55,745 bases of DNA from positions 1 to 55,745 of IMG/VR virus record IMGVR_UViG_3300033181_000003; one strand, 5' to 3'. Both the position numbers and the translations under genes were made by a program. The notes beneath the pieces are model-generated. The model searched no databases, was not told the DNA's origin, and saw nothing but the letters and a program-made list of their open reading frames with translations. Source of the DNA: a virus. Lineage: Duplodnaviria; Caudoviricetes. Below, piece after piece: positions 26,401-36,718 of this stretch (its first letter is position 1; each line of letters starts with the position of its first letter).

Positions 26401-28235
26401 TCCCGAACGTCAGTCCGGGTGGTGTCAGCCCGTCCGCTCCGTCACCGTTCGGTAACCGGGGGCGCGCGATGGCGGCTGGCGGCAGCGCGTTCTCGCGGAT
26501 GGTCGCGGAGGCCGGCGCGATCAACGCCAAGCAGTACAACTATGAGTGGGGGGGCGGGCACAATTCCACGTTCAGCCCGACGCATGGTGTTGGCCACGGC
26601 TCCGGCCCCGGTGTCGGTTATGACTGCTCCGGGTCGGTGTCAGCGGTCCTGCGCGCCGGCCGCGCGTTGAACTCCCCGCTGGACTCCACGGGGCTGATGA
26701 GTTATGGCCAGTCGGGGCCGGGCAAGCGCGTCTCGATCTTCGCGAGCCCGACGCACACGGTGATGAGCTTGGGCGGCAGGTTCTTCGGCACCAGTTCGCA
26801 CGGGCATGGCGGCGGCGCGTCATGGATGCCCGGTCAGCCTGAGAGTTTCCCGGCGACCCGTCACCCGCCGGGCCTGCGTCGTGGTGGCCGTGTCGGCCAG
26901 CCGAACTTTGAGGCGGCTGGTGCGTATGTCGCCCGGGTGGGCCTCGGCCCGTCGATGCTGACCCAGGCCACCAAGGACTTCGGGGTGCTCGCCAAGGATG
27001 CGGACTCTGACGTGTCCGGGAAGATCGGCCGGACACTCACCCATATCGGTGGCCTGGTCTCCAAGGCGACGATGGTCCAGCTTGACCGGACCGTCCATGT
27101 GGTCCAGCGGGGCCTTCACGCCCACGGTCTCACCGCCATCGGGACACGCCGCCTGCAGTCCGCACTTGCCATCGTGGACGCGCAGATCGGCAACCGGCTC
27201 GGGCTGATGGCTCACACGGTGCAGGACACCATCGACAAGGTCGCCAAGCACGACGTGACCCGCCAGCAGTGGCTACGGATCGCCGCAGTGGACCCCTCAT
27301 CGAGCCTTGGCCTCACGTCCGAGCAGGGGCAGAACACTCTTGAGCGGGTAACCCTGCAGGCGGCAAAGCGTCACCTTGAGCAGATCAAGCTGGCGGCGAA
27401 GCGTCATCACGCCCCGAAGGCGGTGTTGGACGAGCTCAGCGCCAGGTTGGACGGGGTGAACGTCCAGATCGCTGAGACGGTCACCCACGGGATAGAGCTT
27501 GTTCGGGAGATAGTGAAGGTCAAGGCGCAGGAGGGTGTTGACCGGACCAACCACGCGGTGACGATGGCCACGGGGTCGGGGGATTACCTGACGGCGATGC
27601 AGCGCAGTCTCGGGACCGCGGGGACGCCGGGAGCGACCCGGGCCCAGGCCGCACTGATCCAGCAGCAGGTATTGCCGGCGATGGAGGCCCAGCTGACCGC
27701 GCTGGAGGCCCAGCGGCGTGCTGCCGTGGCCACCCATGATGTGGCGGGGGGGATGGCTGCCACCGAGGCGGTGCAGGCGGCGTGGACCGCCATCGTCAAC
27801 AAGATGTCTGATGCTGCGGACCTGCTCAAGCAGGCTGCGTCTGATCAGCAGGCGGCCGCTGAGACGGCGGCGTCAGGGCAGACCTCGCTGGATCAGTCCC
27901 GTTTGGCGGGGATGAAGATCAACGACCCGCTCAACAGGGGCGGCCAGTCCCGGGCGGATTTCATCCGCCAGACGATCGTCCCGGATCTCCAGAATGAGCT
28001 TCGGGCAATCCAGACCCGGCAGGCGATGGATGCCCGTGACCCCGTGAAGGCGTTGCAGGACCTCATCGACCTGCAGAACAAGGGCAACGAGATTGCCCAG
28101 GCCGGGGTGGACGCAACGAGCGAGGTCGCGTCGAACACCCAGACCCTGAAGGATGCCGGCGGGACGCTGTCGTTTGCCGCACCGGGGTCGGGGCAGATTG
28201 AGACTGACCTGGCCGGTATCGGCCTCGGCGCCTAG
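23452..28235 (+). CDS. Tape measure protein with DPBB/3D-like and NlpC/P60 muralytic domains; frameshift near 23533-23535
   Basis: ATG 23452 coupled to the previous stop; about 1600 aa with amphipathic repeats; YEWGGGH...GYDCSGSVS..L...H NlpC/P60 motif; ATVY...FAELS...LG.L.YGT.L...DIG.G...D motif. Confidence 0.85.
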
Positions 28236-28237
28236 AC

Positions 28238-31200
28238 ATGCCAGTGGTCCGTGATGTCCGCCTTGGCCGGCTTCTGCTCGCCCGCCTCCCCGACAACCTC
28301 CAAGAAGCGGTGGGGGACATGCTCACCGCCGACGATGGCGGGGTGGCGGTCGCCCGTCGTCGCCCCCGGCAATTCACGTTCGTCTTCCCGCTGCACGGTC
28401 TCTCCGCCGACCCGGGTGGCCCGTTCGCTGCGGGGGCAAGGATGCGCCGCCAGATGCGCTCAATGGTCGAGAACGCCGAGCTGCGCGAGGCCGGCCTGTA
28501 CTTCGCCTACACCCAGGACCCCGAACTCAACGGGTGGATCAGCATCGGTGGCGGCCAGATCAGCTACGTCGCCGACCAGGGCGGGGCGCAGACCGGCAGC
28601 TTCCAGCTCGAGCTCGACTCAGCGTTCAAACGCGGCTCCCAACGGACACACCGTGATGCGAGACGGGTGGAGCATTGGGACCTGCGTCTGTCAACGGTCG
28701 AGCGTGACTACCGGGGTGTTGTTTTTGGCACCGACTTCTCAGGGCTTCCGGTGCTGCAGTTGACGTTCCTGCCGGTCGGGGTCAGGGACGCGTTGGGGCC
28801 TTACCGGACGCCGGTGCTTCTCAATCCGTGGGTCGGTCTGGACGGGGCGGGGATGGTCGCGCAGGGTGTTGCCCACGCGGCGGTGGTGAGTTTCGAGCAG
28901 GCCGAGACCGACCAGCGCAAGGGTGACGTGGTGATCCTCGACCGGCAGGGCCTCACGGCGTGGCCCCCGCCGGTCGGATCGCAGGGCGCGATCTACACGA
29001 ACCTCGTGCCTAACCCGAGCTTTGAGCTTCCGGGAACAGCGGGGTCTACGCCAATGGGCTGGGGCTGGGCTTCGGCTTACTTTACGAATCCTGTGACTTC
29101 GATCACGGAAGTCGCCACCACTAGCGCCCGAGGGCAGATCGGGTCGTTCATGGGCCGACTCCAAACCCCCGGCTCTGCGGCCTTGGAAGGGATGGATTGC
29201 GGAGTGTTGCCGCTCCCGGCGCAGGGCGCGTTCAAGGCCGGACGGACTTACATGGTGCGCTGCGTGATGAGCAACAACGGCGGCACGAACCCTGTCATGC
29301 AGGTGTTCCTTGGGGCAGCCAGTGCGGACAGCGCGACGGGCCTCGGGGTTGCCCCAAGCGGTACGACACCCCAGACGACTTACGCCCTTTGGACGCCATC
29401 TCAGGATGAGACGACCGTTTACGCCGGGATCAGAACCAGCAGCCAGGTTGCGGCCGATGTGTTTATCGACCAGTTCCACGTCGTCGATGTGACCGGCGTC
29501 GCGAACCCGCAGACGACGGTCCTCTACTTCGACGGCTCGCTGCCCAACTATGTCTGGAACGGTCAGCCGAACGCTTCACCCTCAATGGGTCCGTACGGGC
29601 TCGTCAACCTGGCCGGCAACCCCAACCTTGAGACTGGCATCACCGGCTACCAGCCGAGTGTGAATGGTCCAATCACTAGTGGTGCAGCAACGGCTACGAG
29701 CGACCTGACGACCTTCCACAGTGGTAGCGCCAGCATGAAGGTGGTCACCGGGGCCACCGGCACCCAGGGCGTGGCCTACGCGATGACGCCCGGGTCTATT
29801 TCGTCGGGGTTTCTCCCCGGCCAGCCCTACACGATGGCGGTCTGGCTGAAAGCCGCAAGTGGCACCCCCACCGTGGCCATCGCGATGGAAGACAACTTTG
29901 TCGGGAACGGGATCGCGACGCAGAACTGCGTCCTCTCGACCTCCTGGCAACGCTTCAGTGTCGCCTGGACCCCCACCGCCTGGTCTGCCAACTCATACCT
30001 CTACATCTACACGCAGGGGGCTGCCGCCACGTTCAACATCGACGACGTGATCGTCTCGCCCGGTGCGGCGACCCCCGTCTACTTCGACGGTGACAGCCCT
30101 GGTGCGGGGTGGACCGCCACCAGGGGCAACTCGGCCAGCTACCGGCCTGACGACAACCAGGCCACATACGGCTACGAGGAGATCTACGGTCCCGACCAGC
30201 CGCTGACCGGCAACGACGCCCCGCTGCTCCAGAACGGTCACTGCCGGGTGCGGTTCGTGTCGGCCGGTGTGCTCGCGGTTGACGTGGCGCAGGTCGGCGG
30301 TGGGTGGGGCGAGCAGGGCCGGGTGACGGTCTGGGACTCGCTGTCGGCCTCCGCCTACACCCAGCACGCGTATGCGATCGCAGGCAACAATGGGGCGCTC
30401 GCGACGGTGATGGAGTACACGGCTGAGCGGGCGGTGCTGCGCTTCTCGACGCTTGAGTCTTCGACCGTCCCGCAGTACCGGATCGACACCTACGTCACTT
30501 TGCAGCGCGGGTGGTCCGGCCCGAGGTTTGAGGCTTACATCAACCCGAGCAACCCCTACGGTTGCCGCCTCATGTTCACCCCCAACTACCTGGCGAGCAT
30601 GTATGTCGGGACGGGCGCGGGCGGGCCGGCCGTGGGCCCTTCAGACGACGCTCTCACGGCGCCGGGCGAGACGCCGAACGTTGGCACTTTTGCCGCGTTG
30701 ACCGAGCCGTGGTTTTACGTGCAACCGATCGTCGCGGGACCGGGGGTCCTCGGGACGACGATCGTCTCGGTCGTGTCTGCCGCACACGTCAGCGCCCACT
30801 CCGGCAACGAGGCTTATGGCGGCGCGAATCGCGAGTCCTACGGTGTTGCCGCCCGCTACAACGAGGTGCAGGCGTCCGGCCTCTACGGGTATGCCTCGAT
30901 GCGGCTGGGGTTCAACAGGCCCGGCCCTGGCAGTGTGATTGCGGGCGCCATGAACCTCGGCCCGCAAGGCGTCGCGGTCACCGATGCGGGATCGACCAAT
31001 ACGCGGGTCGTCCAGGTCGCTACCAGCGGGACCGGCGTGGTGAACTTCGGGGCGGTGACCGATGGTCCGCTCGGCACGTACGGCTTCTGGGCCCGTATGC
31101 GCGCTGCCGCTGGCACAACCTATGTCGTCAACGGCGGGTTCAACAACACCGGCGGCGCGACGGCGACCGTCGTGGGGAACGCCGCTTACGCCTGGTTCTA

Positions 31201-31414
31201 CATGGGGCAGTCCGTCCACGCCACCGTAAACGAAGGCATCTTCATAAGCGCTGGTTTGCCCCCTGTCGGAGCCGGGGCCCTTTACGTCGACCGTGTCGTC
31301 CTCGTTCCGACCGAGCGGCGCCAGGCGGCCAGCCCCACGTTTGACGGTGCGCGTGACCTCGGCGCATCCAGCCTCCTCGACAGTCGCGCCATACCGCACC
31401 TTCAGGGGCGCTGA
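28238..31414 (+). CDS. Minor tail protein with carbohydrate-binding-like modules
   Basis: Two NL..NP.(F/L)E-initiated beta-sandwich repeats, each ending in YFDG; follows the tape measure. Confidence 0.7.
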   Translation: MPVVRDVRLGRLLLARLPDNLQEAVGDMLTADDGGVAVARRRPRQFTFVFPLHGLSADPGGPFAAGARMRRQMRSMVENAELREAGLYFAYTQDPELNGWISIGGGQISYVADQGGAQTGSFQLELDSAFKRGSQRTHRDARRVEHWDLRLSTVERDYRGVVFGTDFSGLPVLQLTFLPVGVRDALGPYRTPVLLNPWVGLDGAGMVAQGVAHAAVVSFEQAETDQRKGDVVILDRQGLTAWPPPVGSQGAIYTNLVPNPSFELPGTAGSTPMGWGWASAYFTNPVTSITEVATTSARGQIGSFMGRLQTPGSAALEGMDCGVLPLPAQGAFKAGRTYMVRCVMSNNGGTNPVMQVFLGAASADSATGLGVAPSGTTPQTTYALWTPSQDETTVYAGIRTSSQVAADVFIDQFHVVDVTGVANPQTTVLYFDGSLPNYVWNGQPNASPSMGPYGLVNLAGNPNLETGITGYQPSVNGPITSGAATATSDLTTFHSGSASMKVVTGATGTQGVAYAMTPGSISSGFLPGQPYTMAVWLKAASGTPTVAIAMEDNFVGNGIATQNCVLSTSWQRFSVAWTPTAWSANSYLYIYTQGAAATFNIDDVIVSPGAATPVYFDGDSPGAGWTATRGNSASYRPDDNQATYGYEEIYGPDQPLTGNDAPLLQNGHCRVRFVSAGVLAVDVAQVGGGWGEQGRVTVWDSLSASAYTQHAYAIAGNNGALATVMEYTAERAVLRFSTLESSTVPQYRIDTYVTLQRGWSGPRFEAYINPSNPYGCRLMFTPNYLASMYVGTGAGGPAVGPSDDALTAPGETPNVGTFAALTEPWFYVQPIVAGPGVLGTTIVSVVSAAHVSAHSGNEAYGGANRESYGVAARYNEVQASGLYGYASMRLGFNRPGPGSVIAGAMNLGPQGVAVTDAGSTNTRVVQVATSGTGVVNFGAVTDGPLGTYGFWARMRAAAGTTYVVNGGFNNTGGATATVVGNAAYAWFYMGQSVHATVNEGIFISAGLPPVGAGALYVDRVVLVPTERRQAASPTFDGARDLGASSLLDSRAIPHLQGR

Positions 31415-34201
31415 ATGCCCGGCCAGTCCAAGCAGAACCGGCGGGGCAAAGTTGAGATCCAGCCCGCGAAAATACGCCTCCGGCTGATCCAACCGAGCAC
31501 CGGGCCCGGTGCCGTGCAGGTCGGCGGGTTCTCCTACGCCCCGTCGTGGGAGGCCATCAACGGTCGGTCGGGCTTCATGTCCGGGCAGTACGAACGCCGC
31601 ACCTCCCAGGAGGGTGCTTTCCAGGTCACCCTGCCCAACGCTTCGGGCTCTGACGGTGACCACCGCGACCGGTTTCTCAGCCTGATCGCCCCCCGGTACC
31701 GGCCTGGGGATGAGTTCGTCGAGGTGTGGCGGATGTCGGGGAAAGGCCCCGGTGACCTCCTCTACGTCGGTGTCCCGGTCAGCCCGGTTGAGAATGAGCA
31801 GACGATCACCCTCAACGGCTTTGACGCGTGGTGGCTGCTCAACGGGCAAAGGGAAACGACCGCCGGGTTCTGGTGCAACGCCCCACGTGACGTGTGGGAG
31901 GAATACACCAAACTGTGGCAGCCGATCGTGGCCGACGGCTTCGACCAGACCGGACGGTTCAACGGGGGGACCGGCCAGAACAACGGCACCTGGTTCTACT
32001 CGTTGGCCTCGGATTCGCCGGTCCCGTCGAACGTGCGGCTGATCGGGGGTGGCACCCTTCAGACCCAGGGAACATTGGTAACCGCCTACACCTTCCCCGC
32101 CGGCCTGGGCTCGTCTGACCCCTCGGGCCGATGGCGGGTCGAATGCTCCGCCACCTTCCCCGCCACGATGGCCCCCAACGACGCCGTGTATTTCGGAATT
32201 GGCGGCGCCCACGGCAGCGGGGGTGACAATTACATCACCTTGGTACTCACCCCGTCGGGGAGAGCCTTCCCAGGCGCCATCAACACCCCCCTATTAGGCT
32301 CCGGGGTTATCCAAGTCCCTCTCGTCGGGACCTCGATCACGGCCGGGCGCCATTCCCTGGCGATAGAGGGACGAGGCCGGTGGGTTTACTACTACTTCGA
32401 CGGACAGCTCCTCGGGGTGCTCCCGATGGCAACCGGGACCATTGCCCAGCCCACCATCGCCTACTCATCTGACGGCACTTCCCCCGGCCAGTACATCGAC
32501 ATCGACCACTTCGTTGTCCGCCGGGCACGGCCGTTTCTCATGCGCTCCCAAACGGACCATGGGGATTACAACCTCCCGGGCAGCCCCACCCCCGGTGGTC
32601 TCGACGGCGCGTACTTCAACGACGTCGACCTCATCGGCGACCAGTACGGCTACCAAAAGGTGCTAAACCCGCTCAGGTCGATGAGCACCACCGGCATCGG
32701 TCTGTACGCCCGCCGGGTTGACCCGACGATCAACTTCCCCAACCAGGCAACACCAAACTGGCAGCCAGCCGGCGGGGGTCCAGACAACTTCTCGGCACGG
32801 TGGACCGGCTCCATCTACCTTGACCTTGCCAACTACGACTACCGGGTGCAAACAATCTCGCCTGTGGCGATCCGCGTCTGGATCGGCAAGACACGCTTCC
32901 CGACTGAGCAGAGCATCGATAATTGGCCCGCCCGCGGGCCCTTCCAGCCGATCACGTCCGGGTACTTCCAGTCCTACCTGGGCCGGATCTCCGGCTGGTA
33001 TCCGATCGTTATCGAGTTCGCCAAGCAGTACGGTGGCGCGGGCCTCATATTTAACTGGGAACGTTCTGACCAGCCCAACGTCTTCACCGTCGTCCCGTCC
33101 AACATGCTCTCCCCACAAGGCATCTTTGAGCAGCAGATCAGAAACGACAGCTACTACCAGCAGCTCAAGAACCTCCAGGACTCCTACGGCTACCAAGCGA
33201 CGCTTGAGCCGATGAGCCTTGAGTCCGGGGAGTTCCCCGGCCGGCTATGCCCAAGGGTCAGGGTGGGCAAGGACACCGATGTGATCCTTGACCATGACAA
33301 CACGATCGCCCCGCAGGTGACCGTGACGGCCGACCAGGTAGCCGACACCATCCTCGTGGATGCGCAAGGGCTGGCGGACCCGTCCGGTTCCGGCCAGCTT
33401 TACGCGGAGGCGTTCAACCTCGGTGAGTACGGCAAACACCTTGTCCCGTGGACCCAGTACGACTCGCCCGGTGACATTCAGGCCCCCGCACAGTTACGTC
33501 AACGTGCACAATCGTTGCTGGCGCTCAGGCAGGGCCCGCTGATCAGCGTGGACGGGCGCCCGGAGGCGCGCCGGGAGATTGTGCAGATGTTCGACCCGCA
33601 TGATCCTTCTCAGCCTGCCGTGTTTCCCGTCGGCGGACGGCTCGCGGAGTGGCAATGCCTGCCCGGGGATGGTGTCCGTCGCCGCTTCCCACGGATCGCG
33701 GTCAACGACCTCACACCAACCCAGATCGTGTCGGTGCAGTGGGCGTTTTACCCGGACGGCATCTCACCCCCTGCGGTCGGGTTTCGCCAGCGGGTCCGGT
33801 CCGTGAAGGAAACGCTCACCCGGATCGCCCGGGAGTCGATTGACGAGTCGCGCAACTACCAGTCGCAGTTCGTCATCGTGACCGGCGCCCACGCCTCTAA
33901 CAACGGGGCCGGGGCAGCGAGCCCAGGCATAAGCACCGACACCTACAGCCGCGTTTCGCTGCCCGCCAACATGGCCGCCGTTGTCCGGGCCACCTTCGTC
34001 GTGGAAAGCATCATCGTGGCTGGCACGGCCCAGACGATCTACATCAACAACATCTCGACCGGCCTGACCTTCACTGCCGCCGGACGCTACGACGTGACGG
34101 GCTTTGTCGGCCGGGACGGGACCAACTCCCGGGCTGCCGCCAGCACGCAAGGCGGCACCACACAGTGCGACTACAAGCTCGAACTTCTCCTGCGCATCTA
34201 A
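31415..34201 (+). CDS. Minor tail/hub protein with PA14-like domain
   Basis: G.YFN...RVDPTINF...DNFSARWTG.I...YPI.IEF...GGA...W..VP...L. Confidence 0.7.
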   Translation: MPGQSKQNRRGKVEIQPAKIRLRLIQPSTGPGAVQVGGFSYAPSWEAINGRSGFMSGQYERRTSQEGAFQVTLPNASGSDGDHRDRFLSLIAPRYRPGDEFVEVWRMSGKGPGDLLYVGVPVSPVENEQTITLNGFDAWWLLNGQRETTAGFWCNAPRDVWEEYTKLWQPIVADGFDQTGRFNGGTGQNNGTWFYSLASDSPVPSNVRLIGGGTLQTQGTLVTAYTFPAGLGSSDPSGRWRVECSATFPATMAPNDAVYFGIGGAHGSGGDNYITLVLTPSGRAFPGAINTPLLGSGVIQVPLVGTSITAGRHSLAIEGRGRWVYYYFDGQLLGVLPMATGTIAQPTIAYSSDGTSPGQYIDIDHFVVRRARPFLMRSQTDHGDYNLPGSPTPGGLDGAYFNDVDLIGDQYGYQKVLNPLRSMSTTGIGLYARRVDPTINFPNQATPNWQPAGGGPDNFSARWTGSIYLDLANYDYRVQTISPVAIRVWIGKTRFPTEQSIDNWPARGPFQPITSGYFQSYLGRISGWYPIVIEFAKQYGGAGLIFNWERSDQPNVFTVVPSNMLSPQGIFEQQIRNDSYYQQLKNLQDSYGYQATLEPMSLESGEFPGRLCPRVRVGKDTDVILDHDNTIAPQVTVTADQVADTILVDAQGLADPSGSGQLYAEAFNLGEYGKHLVPWTQYDSPGDIQAPAQLRQRAQSLLALRQGPLISVDGRPEARREIVQMFDPHDPSQPAVFPVGGRLAEWQCLPGDGVRRRFPRIAVNDLTPTQIVSVQWAFYPDGISPPAVGFRQRVRSVKETLTRIARESIDESRNYQSQFVIVTGAHASNNGAGAASPGISTDTYSRVSLPANMAAVVRATFVVESIIVAGTAQTIYINNISTGLTFTAAGRYDVTGFVGRDGTNSRAAASTQGGTTQCDYKLELLLRI

Positions 34202-34237
34202 CCCACCCCTGCCGCACCCAACCTTTGGAGGCGCCCG

Positions 34238-34498
34238 ATGCTTTACGCGGCCGACACCACGATCGCCCAGACCCCGTCGTTACAAGCCCTGCCTGACGAC
34301 AAGGCCCGCCAGCAGGCGTTGGATGACGCCGGGCGACTTTACACCTATCTGAAGCGCAACCCGTGGGCCTCCCAGGATGAGCTTGCGACCTACGGGGAGC
34401 GCAACCAGTTCCCACCCGACAGGTTGAACGTCGCCCGAGATGTGCTGCTTGACCTTGGCCGGATCGTCGGTCTCAACGATGCTGGTGTGGCGGCCTGA
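34238..34498 (+). CDS. Hypothetical protein
   Basis: GGAGG RBS. Confidence 0.65.
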   Translation: MLYAADTTIAQTPSLQALPDDKARQQALDDAGRLYTYLKRNPWASQDELATYGERNQFPPDRLNVARDVLLDLGRIVGLNDAGVAA

Positions 34499-34530
34499 TG
34501 GCCTACCTGCCCCCGCTATCGAGGGGCTGA

Positions 34531-35034
34531 ATGTCCATGGCTGATTCCGAGGAGCGCCGCGAGGCTCACGTTACCTCCGAGTGGGTCGCAGGACAGGTCA
34601 AGGAGTTCATCGAAGCGATTCTCAGCGAGAATCGACGTGCCGACGAGAGGGCAGAGCGCGAGCGTGACAGGGCGGCCTCCGTGCTGGCTGACGGATTGCG
34701 CCACTCCATCTCTGAGGGCGACGACAGGCTTCGGGAGCACATCGTCGCTCAGTTCGCCCAGATCGCCGCCGCTCTTGACAGCGCAGAGAAACTTGAGGTC
34801 ACTCGGCTTGACACGCTTCGTCGCGAAATGACCCTGATCCACGATGGGTCAGAGAAGGCGATCTCCAAAGCCGAGACGGCGGTAGAGAAACGCTTGGAGG
34901 CTGGCAACGCGTACCGTGCGCAACTCGCAGATCAGGCGAGCGCGTTCATGTTGCGCGAGGTCGGGGATGCGCAGTTCGTCGACCTTCGCAAGCAGGTCGC
35001 CGAGCTCACCGAACGGCTCGGGAAGCTCACATGA
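34531..35034 (+). CDS. Coiled-coil protein at the start of the lysis region
   Basis: GAGGGG RBS; E/R-rich helices; SEKAI.KAE.A.EKR motif. Confidence 0.65.
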   Translation: MSMADSEERREAHVTSEWVAGQVKEFIEAILSENRRADERAERERDRAASVLADGLRHSISEGDDRLREHIVAQFAQIAAALDSAEKLEVTRLDTLRREMTLIHDGSEKAISKAETAVEKRLEAGNAYRAQLADQASAFMLREVGDAQFVDLRKQVAELTERLGKLT

Positions 35035-35047
35035 TCGCGAGGACTAC

Positions 35048-35278
35048 ATGAGCATCTTGAGCCGCGTCGATAACCTCGAAACGAAGGCAGATGACCACGA
35101 GGGGCGACTGGTCCAACAGGACGAGCGCATCTCGGGCTCGGGAGGCTTGGTGAACGCGATGGGAGCACTCGCCGACGAGGTGCGCTCGATGAAGCGTGCG
35201 ATGTGGACTGTTGCGGGCGGCGTCGTCCTCGCTGCTGTCGGCTTCGGCTTCTCGGTGCTGCAGTTGGTGCACGGATGA
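35048..35278 (+). CDS. Coiled coil plus C-terminal TM protein (XhlA/holin-like)
   Basis: GAGGA RBS; RV..LE N-terminus; one C-terminal TM helix. Confidence 0.6.
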   Translation: MSILSRVDNLETKADDHEGRLVQQDERISGSGGLVNAMGALADEVRSMKRAMWTVAGGVVLAAVGFGFSVLQLVHG

Positions 35279-35574
35279 GGAGGCATACGCGGACCTTCGT
35301 TATGGCCGGGGTGATGGTCCTCTCGGTCTTCGCGGCGACCATCGTCGGTTACGTTGGGCTGCGGAACACGCACCACTTCGCCACCGTGATCCATACCAAC
35401 CAGATTCACATTTGCCAGTTGGCGCGGGCGAACGCGCGGGGTCAGGATGCCCTCAATCAGATCATCGTTGAAGCGCGCAAGGTTGCTCAAGTTTCGAGCG
35501 CCCTGGCGCGGGCCGAGGACGCCTTCCTTGCGCAGCAGCGGGTGGGCGCCAGACTGAAGCTCCCCTGTGGTTAG
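35275..35574 (+). CDS. N-terminal TM protein with two Cys (lysis accessory?)
   Basis: ATGA coupling; TM helix; one internal and one C-terminal Cys. Confidence 0.55.
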   Translation: MRRHTRTFVMAGVMVLSVFAATIVGYVGLRNTHHFATVIHTNQIHICQLARANARGQDALNQIIVEARKVAQVSSALARAEDAFLAQQRVGARLKLPCG

Positions 35575-35575
35575 C

Positions 35576-36061
35576 ATGAAGCTGTTCGACAAGTTCACCC
35601 AGAACCAGGCGATCCGGCGGGCACGGAAGGGGATCAGGACCGTGCCAGACCCGACGCTCAACAGGGTGTGCGACGGCCTGCGAGCGGAGTTGGATTGCGA
35701 GGGTGCGTTCGTCACGTTCATAACCACCCAGAAAGCGTTCGCGATCGGCGCCGTGGGCATGCCCGACTTTGATCCTGGCGGGATGCCGCCGACCAACAGC
35801 TTCTGTTATCACCTGCTCAACAGCATGGGCGACGGGTTAGCGGCGGACAACACCCGCGATGTTCCCATGCTGGAACTGTGTCCGTCCGTGGCGTTTTACG
35901 GTGCCTGGGTGGGCGCACCTGTCTCCTTCGAGGGCGTGCGGATAGGTGCCATAGGGGTTGTCGATGCTGAGCCTCGGCACTGGCCGCCTAACGCGCTGGC
36001 GGTCGTCCAAGGCGCCGCAACTCTCACCGAGCATGAACTCGTGACGTTGGTGCGCCCATGA
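35576..36061 (+). CDS. Stand-alone GAF domain protein
   Basis: DP.L.R.......L....AFV, SFC.H, D.RD.P, Y...GAP....G..IGA..V.D..PR.W. Confidence 0.8.
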   Translation: MKLFDKFTQNQAIRRARKGIRTVPDPTLNRVCDGLRAELDCEGAFVTFITTQKAFAIGAVGMPDFDPGGMPPTNSFCYHLLNSMGDGLAADNTRDVPMLELCPSVAFYGAWVGAPVSFEGVRIGAIGVVDAEPRHWPPNALAVVQGAATLTEHELVTLVRP

Positions 36062-36663
36062 GCGCCCGCCGCAACTGGTTTGTGCTCGCCGTCGCCATCG
36101 TCGCCGCGCTAATCGCGGCCGCCGCCATCGGGTATCTCGCATTGAAGGATACGCGGGGTCTCGCCGAGACGAACCGGCGCTCTCGCGATGCGCAGACGGC
36201 ATCCAACACCGCACGAGTACAGGCTGCGAAGGCTGTCGCTGCCAAGGCGATCGGACGCACCACGCTGATCTTCAAGTACCTGAAGGGGCAGGCGCCGATT
36301 CCGGGCGCGCCCGGCCGCAACGGCCTGCCGGGTGGTCTCGGCCCGGCCGGGGCTGGTGGGGTTGTGGGGCCGCGCGGCCCGCCGGGACCCCCAGGGCCGT
36401 TGGGTCCGATAGGGCCCATCGGCCTGATGGGCGCCAGCGGCACCAACGGAACCAACGGGACCGATGGAAAGAACGGCAAGGATGGCTCACCAGGTGCGAA
36501 GGGTGAGCTTGGCCCCGCCGGCCCACCTGGCCCTGCTGGCCCAGCTGGACCAGTAGGCGCGCCCGGCCCAGCGGGTCCACCCGGCTCACAAGGTCCACAA
36601 GGGCCACCCGGACCCGACCACTGCACTAATGCTGGTGTCGCGGCGGGGTTCTGCACCCAGTGA
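36058..36663 (+). CDS. Membrane-anchored collagen-like protein
   Basis: N-terminal TM; long uninterrupted G-X-Y run; C-terminal Cys pair. Confidence 0.85.
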   Translation: MSARRNWFVLAVAIVAALIAAAAIGYLALKDTRGLAETNRRSRDAQTASNTARVQAAKAVAAKAIGRTTLIFKYLKGQAPIPGAPGRNGLPGGLGPAGAGGVVGPRGPPGPPGPLGPIGPIGLMGASGTNGTNGTDGKNGKDGSPGAKGELGPAGPPGPAGPAGPVGAPGPAGPPGSQGPQGPPGPDHCTNAGVAAGFCTQ

Positions 36664-36718
36664 TCTCAGATCGCCCAGCCGTAGCACCCTGATCCGCTTC
36701 TAGCCCGAGGAGGGCCAT

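Noticed and set aside
30641-32212. 523-aa minus-strand ORF and similar long antisense ORFs (20624-21850, 44782-46074)
   Set aside because: Typical stop-poor antisense frames of GC3-biased genes; they span several coupled plus-strand genes.
4625-34201. Diversity-generating retroelement acting on fibre genes
   Set aside because: No reverse transcriptase motif and no TR/VR pair differing at adenines was seen by eye.
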